The notes under the pieces are model-generated. The model was not told where the DNA came from and did no database searches. It saw only the letters and a program-made list of their open reading frames with translations. From the human T2T-CHM13v2.0 reference genome, Homo sapiens: a stretch of DNA of 64,000 bases. Shown piece by piece: positions 56,550 to 64,000 of the stretch; positions within the stretch are counted from its first letter, which is position 1, and each line of letters begins with the position of its first letter. The translations under genes and the position numbers were made by a program. The stretch lies in NCBI RefSeq assembly GCF_009914755.1, contig NC_060928.1; one strand, given 5' to 3'.

Positions 56550-56879
56550 GGGACATGGATGGAACTGGAAGCCATTATCCTCAGCAAACTAACGCAGAAA
56601 CTGAAAACCAAACATAACATGTTCTCACTCATAAGTGGGAGCTGAACAATGAGAATATATAAACACAGGGAAGAGAGCAACACACAATGGGGCCTGTCGG
56701 GGGATGGGGTGGGGGGAGGGAGAGCATCAGGAAAAATAGCTAATGCATGCCGGGCTTAATAGCTAGGCGATGGGTTGATAGGTGCAGCAAACCACCATGG
56801 CACACGTTTACCATGTAACAAACCTGTACATCCTGCACATGTACCCTGCAACTTAAAATAAAAATTAAAATTAAAAAAA
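56550..56879 (+). mobile_element. 5'-truncated L1PA (older, L1PA8-L1PA13 class)
   Basis: CATAAGTGGGAGCTGA ORF2 end; GAGCATCAGGAAAAATAGCTAATGCATG...GGGTTGATAGGTGCAGCAAACCACCATGG; A-rich tail. Confidence 0.9.
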
Positions 56880-57108
56880 GAAACTTGGCGTCTATTCTCA
56901 AATACACTGATCAACAGTGTAAAGCTAAGGATGGTTGTCTTGGCTTCCTCTCACCCTGTCAGTGTCTCTCCCCATCCCTCAGTGTCCTAAGTCCAGGGGG
57001 ACATACTGTCAGCCCCTGAGCATCACTGCCAAAGAGTAGAAATAGCCTGATAAACCAGCTCACCTGGAGGAGTTAATGAACCTGTATCTAAATGAATGTA
57101 TTGTCCTC

Positions 57109-57889
<781 letters not shown>

Positions 57890-58705
57890 TCCTCCTAAAG
57901 ACACTCTAACTTTACCAAACACAGTATATTAGTTGATAATAATTATGTTAGATATGGTCATTCTTTTTGGCTATCCAGAATCTGAGTACACTCCCTATGT
58001 TCAGGATTGAGGCATATACAACAGATATGATATAATTTCATTTAAGTACAATTATTCAGTCTATAAGGTTTAGCCTTTCACATTTGGTTGAAGACCTGGG
58101 TGAACTCGGAAGTTATACTCACTCTATTCTTTTTCATTATCCTTATGTCCTTCTATTCAACTGAAAGTTTTCTGAGTGCATAAACCTATTCCCCATAATG
58201 TTCAGGAGCACATAATAAAGAGTGGTTGTGCTGTTAATATTGTTTGACCAGAAAATAGAGAGTCTAAATGTCCTCTGTGAAGTAAGGAAGCCAGTGATAC
58301 CCCTAGAAATAAAAATTTTTAATGACTCTCTCCTTCTGGTCTCTCCCTCTTCAATCTATACTTTCTACTGTAGCCAGACTGAATTTTCTAATGCGTAAAT
58401 ATAATGATTCTTAAATACTTTCATTGTTTTCCATACTATACAGGCCAGAGTTGAAAACACCTTCACAAGGAGTTTGGAAGGGACTTCATAATCTGGCTTC
58501 AAACTTCATTGTAGGCTAATCTGTTGCTTTTCCATTCTCAGCTCCTATCTCTCATTACATCCCTCCTATACCACAGCCACCCTCAAACTGTGCATGCCTC
58601 AAGAGCACCATGTTTTCTCAGGCCTCGGCTGAAATACTCAAAAACCCCCAACATGCTGGCCTCTTCACCTGCAACACACCATTTCTCCTCCCTCCAATGC
58701 TCATT

Positions 58706-59115
58706 GTGGCAGAGGTGATGCTTTGTATGTAACAAACCATTTCATTTCCTCCTGAGCACACCAGAAGACCACATTTTCTGATCTCTGTGCATCCAGCTGG
58801 TGTCATACATCTAGTTCTGGCCAGTGGTATCTGGGCGGATATGATGTGCATCGCCTCCTGATCTGGCCTCTAAAATGCCCCATGAGGATTCCCTATGCTG
58901 TCTCCCCCTGCTCACCATCTGGTGGCTGGTCATTGAAGACTTCAAGGTCCCAGTGGACTGTGGAGCCATGAGATGCAAGGACCTTGGGTCTCAAAATCAA
59001 CCTATGGAAGACCACAGGCCTAACACTCAGTTAGAAGTGAGAAAGAAATATTTTATTTCGTTAATCACTAAAATGGTGTTGTTTGTTACATCAATATCCT
59101 ACCCTGACTAATACA
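58706..59115 (+). mobile_element. MLT1 (H/I-like) LTR inside a degraded L2 (~58320-59210)
   Basis: TGTGGCAGAG...CTAGTTCTGGCCAGTGG...GTTTGTTAC...ACCCTGACTAATACA. Confidence 0.75.
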
Positions 59116-59397
59116 TCCATCCTTGAACAGCAGCTGAGTATCAATTTCTGTGAATTGATCTCAACTCTCCTAGAAGTTAATCATTCCTTTCTTGGTACTT
59201 TCACAGCACATTGTTGTTGTTTAAATAAAAACTTTTAGAAGTACGGTTAATGATAGAATTAATAGAATAATATTATACTGCTTGGAAAACAGTTTTTAAA
59301 AAATCATTGATAAGGCTGTCATTAATAATAACTTTAATAATTTTTGCATAATTCCTTTCTCTGTTTAATAGTCACATGCTTTTATAGCATATTTTAA

Positions 59398-59555
<158 letters not shown>

Positions 59556-59569
59556 TAGCATATTTTAAA

Positions 59570-60240
59570 ATATAACCTTTATTTCTCTCTCATTTCAAAA
59601 ATTATTTTAAAGTAGGATAAATTTTGTATAGTTTTGTATCTTACTTTTTCTCTTCATATAATGATATAAGCATTTTTCCACATTGGGAGAAATTACATAG
59701 CCATTATTCTTAATGACTTTATAATATTGCATTAAATGGATTGGCTGTAATTTAATTATCCCTCTGTTTGAGGGCAGTAGACTATTTTCATTTGTATTAT
59801 AGAGAATACTGTTATGAATATCTTTACAAATAAACCTTTTCATATTTTGGTTCATTTTCCTAGGAAAGATTCTCAGAAATGAGTTCACTATTATATTTTT
59901 ATAAGCCTTATATTATTTCCAAATTGCTCTCTAGAAAAGGTTATATTAATTAGAGTGCCAAGAGCAGAGTGTAAGAATGCTCACATTACTGCACTCCCTT
60001 TGATTATTTATACTTCCTTAATTTAATTAAAGATTGAAGTTAATTTACATTCCAATTTACTTTCATTTGATTACTCATTAAGTTAAACTTTTCTCCATAT
60101 GATTGTTTACTCACATTTTTAATTTGGTTAATTATCTGTTTGGGTCTTTTATATCATTGTCTATTATTAAGCATCAATTTGTTTCTTTTGCCTTTGTTAA
60201 TAACTTACTTAATAAAGGTATCAACCCTTTGTCATATAAT
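59570..60240 (-). mobile_element. Very old L1ME-like fragment
   Basis: TGTTATGAATATCTTT...TTTCCTAGGAAAGATTCTCAGAAATG...CCAAATTGCTCTCTAGAAA. Confidence 0.6.
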
Positions 60241-60259
60241 CCCTAGCTGTTAAAATGTC

Positions 60260-60525
60260 CTCATTCAACAAATATTTATTGAGCACTGTTATGTGTCAGG
60301 CACTGTCTAGGTACTGTGTGTTCACATCAGTGAACAAATCAGATAGCAATGTTTCTGTCCTCATGTTTCATCTTTCTTATTAGATAGGAATTGTTGTTTG
60401 CCTCACTCCCAAGTACAGTGTGAGCATCCAGAGGTCAGGGATGAGATTGTAGCTTATTTATTTTTATTTTTCCATCACGCTTCATCACCTGCTTATTACA
60501 TAGAAGATGCTCAATGCTGGTTTGT
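60260..60525. mobile_element. L2 3' fragments in opposite orientations
   Basis: CATTCAACAAATATTTATTGAGCAC...TGTGTCAGGCACTG on -; ACATAGAAGATGCTCAAT on +. Confidence 0.7.
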
Positions 60526-60674
60526 GTATAGAGAGGCCTGCAGTGCAAAATGTTCAAAATGACGTTTCCAGCTCCCTAACATCTGGGTATATTTTAGCTT
60601 AATGCTTTGCATCCACCATAATAAACACTGGCTTTTCTACTGCTGCCAACCCAAGAAGGATACTATCTCCATGA

Positions 60675-60840
60675 TTATTCCACCTTGGCTGCCCACCAGG
60701 CTCACCTGGAGCATTAAAAACAACACAAAATAAAAACTTCATTTGTAGCACCTACCCTCAGACTAAGTAAGTCAAAATCTCCACTGTTTTTTAAAGCTCT
60801 TCCGTGATTTCAATGTGCAGCTGGAATTGAAAACCACTAT
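60675..60840. mobile_element. MER5-family MITE
   Basis: CTTGGCTGC...TCACCTGGAG...TTTTTAAAGCTC...GTGATTTCAATGTGCAGC...TTGAAAACCACT. Confidence 0.7.
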
Positions 60841-63380
60841 GGTGTGTGACTCTGATGTTTGAAGGAGATTCAGGTGAGAGGAACTGGAAGGTGTTTCTTG
60901 TAGTTGGCAGGAAGCAGAGGTCCTTGCGTTCTTTGCCTCTGTTCCTCTCTCTTTACACGTAAATAGCACCCATTCATCTAGATCCTTCTCTCATGGAGAG
61001 TAACTTTAATGTGGACAAAGTCCAGAGCCAATATTTGATGGGAAGGATTTTTCATTATAGACACTTGGTATAATCCTGAAAACTACACACTAATGGAAGC
61101 CCATAAGGGCAGGAACTTTGTTCTGTTTCTATTGTATACCTAGAGCCTACTGCCGTGTGTAGGGATTCTTGCTACAGTACTTACCCCATCCTGACTAATC
61201 TACTTCTTGAATCTTCTGTGAAGTCTTCTCCGATTCTCCCAGAGATGAATGAAACTCATCGACAAGGTATTTTTAGCATCTGCCATTCACAGAGACAGAA
61301 AATGTTGTGATCCAAATGGCAGCCGTTAGTGAGGATTCTTCTTACTGGAGTTACTTGTGGCAGACTGGCATTATTGGGTGGCAGGGTATCAGTGGGTAGG
61401 TTCCTAAAGTCTGGCAGCAGATGCAAACATGGCAGCCCTGCCTCTTCTAGAAGGCTGACTTCACACCAGCTACTGCCAAAGAGGAAACGAGGGCTCTCTG
61501 TATGGTCTCACTTAATGCAAAATGGTTTCAAGTGCGGTCTATTTCACATGGACCATCTGGTTTGAATCCACGCACTAAAAAAGGATAAATAGCAAATCAT
61601 CTCCCATCCTCCTCAGAACATCAAAGTCATCTTCATCTTTTCTTCTACCCCTAGATAATGTAAATACCAAAGCAAAGTTCTTTTGTTCTTCTTCCCCAGG
61701 AATGTTCAGGCCAGGAGGCCTCATTATAAGTCTGGAAAAAAAGCAACTGTTACATGAGACCTTGAAAAATATTATCTTTAGAAGTCAATCACTCTTGGGT
61801 TTTTTGTACATTGTGAGTACTTGTTTAGTTAACACTTACTGGAAATTAAAATTAAACCTGATAGCATAATTGTGATATATAAATCACAAACACTTTGGAA
61901 TTCTCTGGTATTTGTATTTGGGATGAGTTTTTTGCAGCCTTGTTTATTTACCATGTAGTAAACAAGAAATGCTTCTTAAATTTTTTTTAACCTAAACATG
62001 TGAAAAATTGTCCACGGATGCATTTGGCAACCAAGAGGTTATTGTGTTGTTTGACCCTCAGAAAGAGATGTTTGCCACTCTTGGTATCTTTCCCTTGAGG
62101 AATCATCTCTTGCAATCAAGAAGAGACTCAGCTCTTGAAAAGGGCCAGGGAGAAATCAGATAGCATCTCATTCCATGCCGTAAGAACAAGGACTCATTCA
62201 ATTGCTCAACAGCTTGCTCAAAACATTTAAGTTGCCATCTTAGTTTATCCAGGAGAAAGGATACCCAGACAAGCCACCATCCTTTCTTTCTACTTGTGTT
62301 TCAAGCATGTTCTACAATCCCTATAATGTGGCGGGTTAAGCCAGGAATGCATCCTTTACTTCCTGGTCAGACATAATGAGATTTATCCCTCAAATATTCA
62401 TGTAAGAAGTTCTCCTCTTCCTCCAGCCTGAAAGTACCTTGCAGAACTTTGGACCATAAGGAAATTGAAGAATGTCTCTATTATATCCCGGTATTAGTTG
62501 ATGTCTTCCAATACATCTCAGGAGAAGGTCGAGCTTTTCCTACTGAACCGAGTGACATTTAAAAGGGGGCATTTGGATGGAACATGGTAGAAAGTAGCAA
62601 ACTGCTTTAGGGAAGAGGCAGGGTTATCTTGGTTTTATAGGTCTTGCAAATATTTATTCAAGGTGCTAAAAAGTAGCGTCTCTCCTTCTTAAAATTATTG
62701 GCCAAAGTGGTCTTATGCCATTAGTTTGTAAGTAAATATTGCTGCAACATTCTAAACAGATTTATTAGGCCTGTCACCAGCAGCCAAATATTTATGTAAG
62801 CTCCGTGGGTTGAAAAGGTAGTTTAAGGAGATTGTTTTAACCACAGCTTTGTAAATGTTTAAGGTAACATCCTGTCTCTTTGAAACCATCCCACCTAGCC
62901 ATATCGTCATATTTATAATAAAAGGACAACATGTTCAAAGTGATGCATTATTTCCTGCTGTCCAAAGTTAGGCTTCTGTCCTTTTATCACAGCTAAACAG
63001 AAAAAAAAAATATTTCAGAGAGACCCTTTTATGTAATACCTGGGTAGAAGCCACTGAAAATGTTACTAGTGGGAGTTGAGAGAGAGGAAGAAAATATAAT
63101 TCTTGTGGCAGATGTAATCAAGAGGGAATGATTTAAAATGGTGTGATAAGGCCTTACTTAGAACACACAGATATGTTTAATAGCTGTACTCATTTTCTAT
63201 AATCAATCTATTTTGCCTTAGATGTACCTCAATAGCTACTAGTGAATTTTGGTACCCAAGTCCAGTCTGGTTGCCAGAATAAACTGTGTGTTGGGGGTGT
63301 GTCTGTGGTATGTGGGTGTGTATGCGTCTACCTCAGTGAATTCTGGGTTTTGCTCAGTTCTAATCAGTCTCACTTGCTAG

Positions 63381-64000
<620 letters not shown>

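Overview
Primate genomic DNA, probably human or great ape given the Alu, L1PA and THE1 content. It is AT-rich and CpG-depleted, and by eye more than half is interspersed repeat. I found no intact protein-coding gene, RNA gene or CpG island. ORF-track entries are decayed L1 ORF1/ORF2 pieces, Alu- or LTR-derived open frames, or chance ORFs. Main landmarks are the 3' part of a dead L1PA (1-2113), a near full-length old L1MA (15180-23518) inside a multi-layer nest of insertions, about 12 Alu/FLAM copies, many MaLR/ERVL/ERV1 solo LTRs (several with intact TSDs), MER/Tigger DNA transposons and MIR/L2 relics. The most unusual item is a ~1.2 kb non-L1, 3'-UTR-like, MIR-carrying retroposed segment inserted just after the L1MA ORF2 start. 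There are also a twin-primed L1 and several templated-repair scars. I see no evidence for a novel multi-gene system. Subfamily names are recalled from consensus sequences by eye and need RepeatMasker/Dfam confirmation; boundaries of old elements are approximate.
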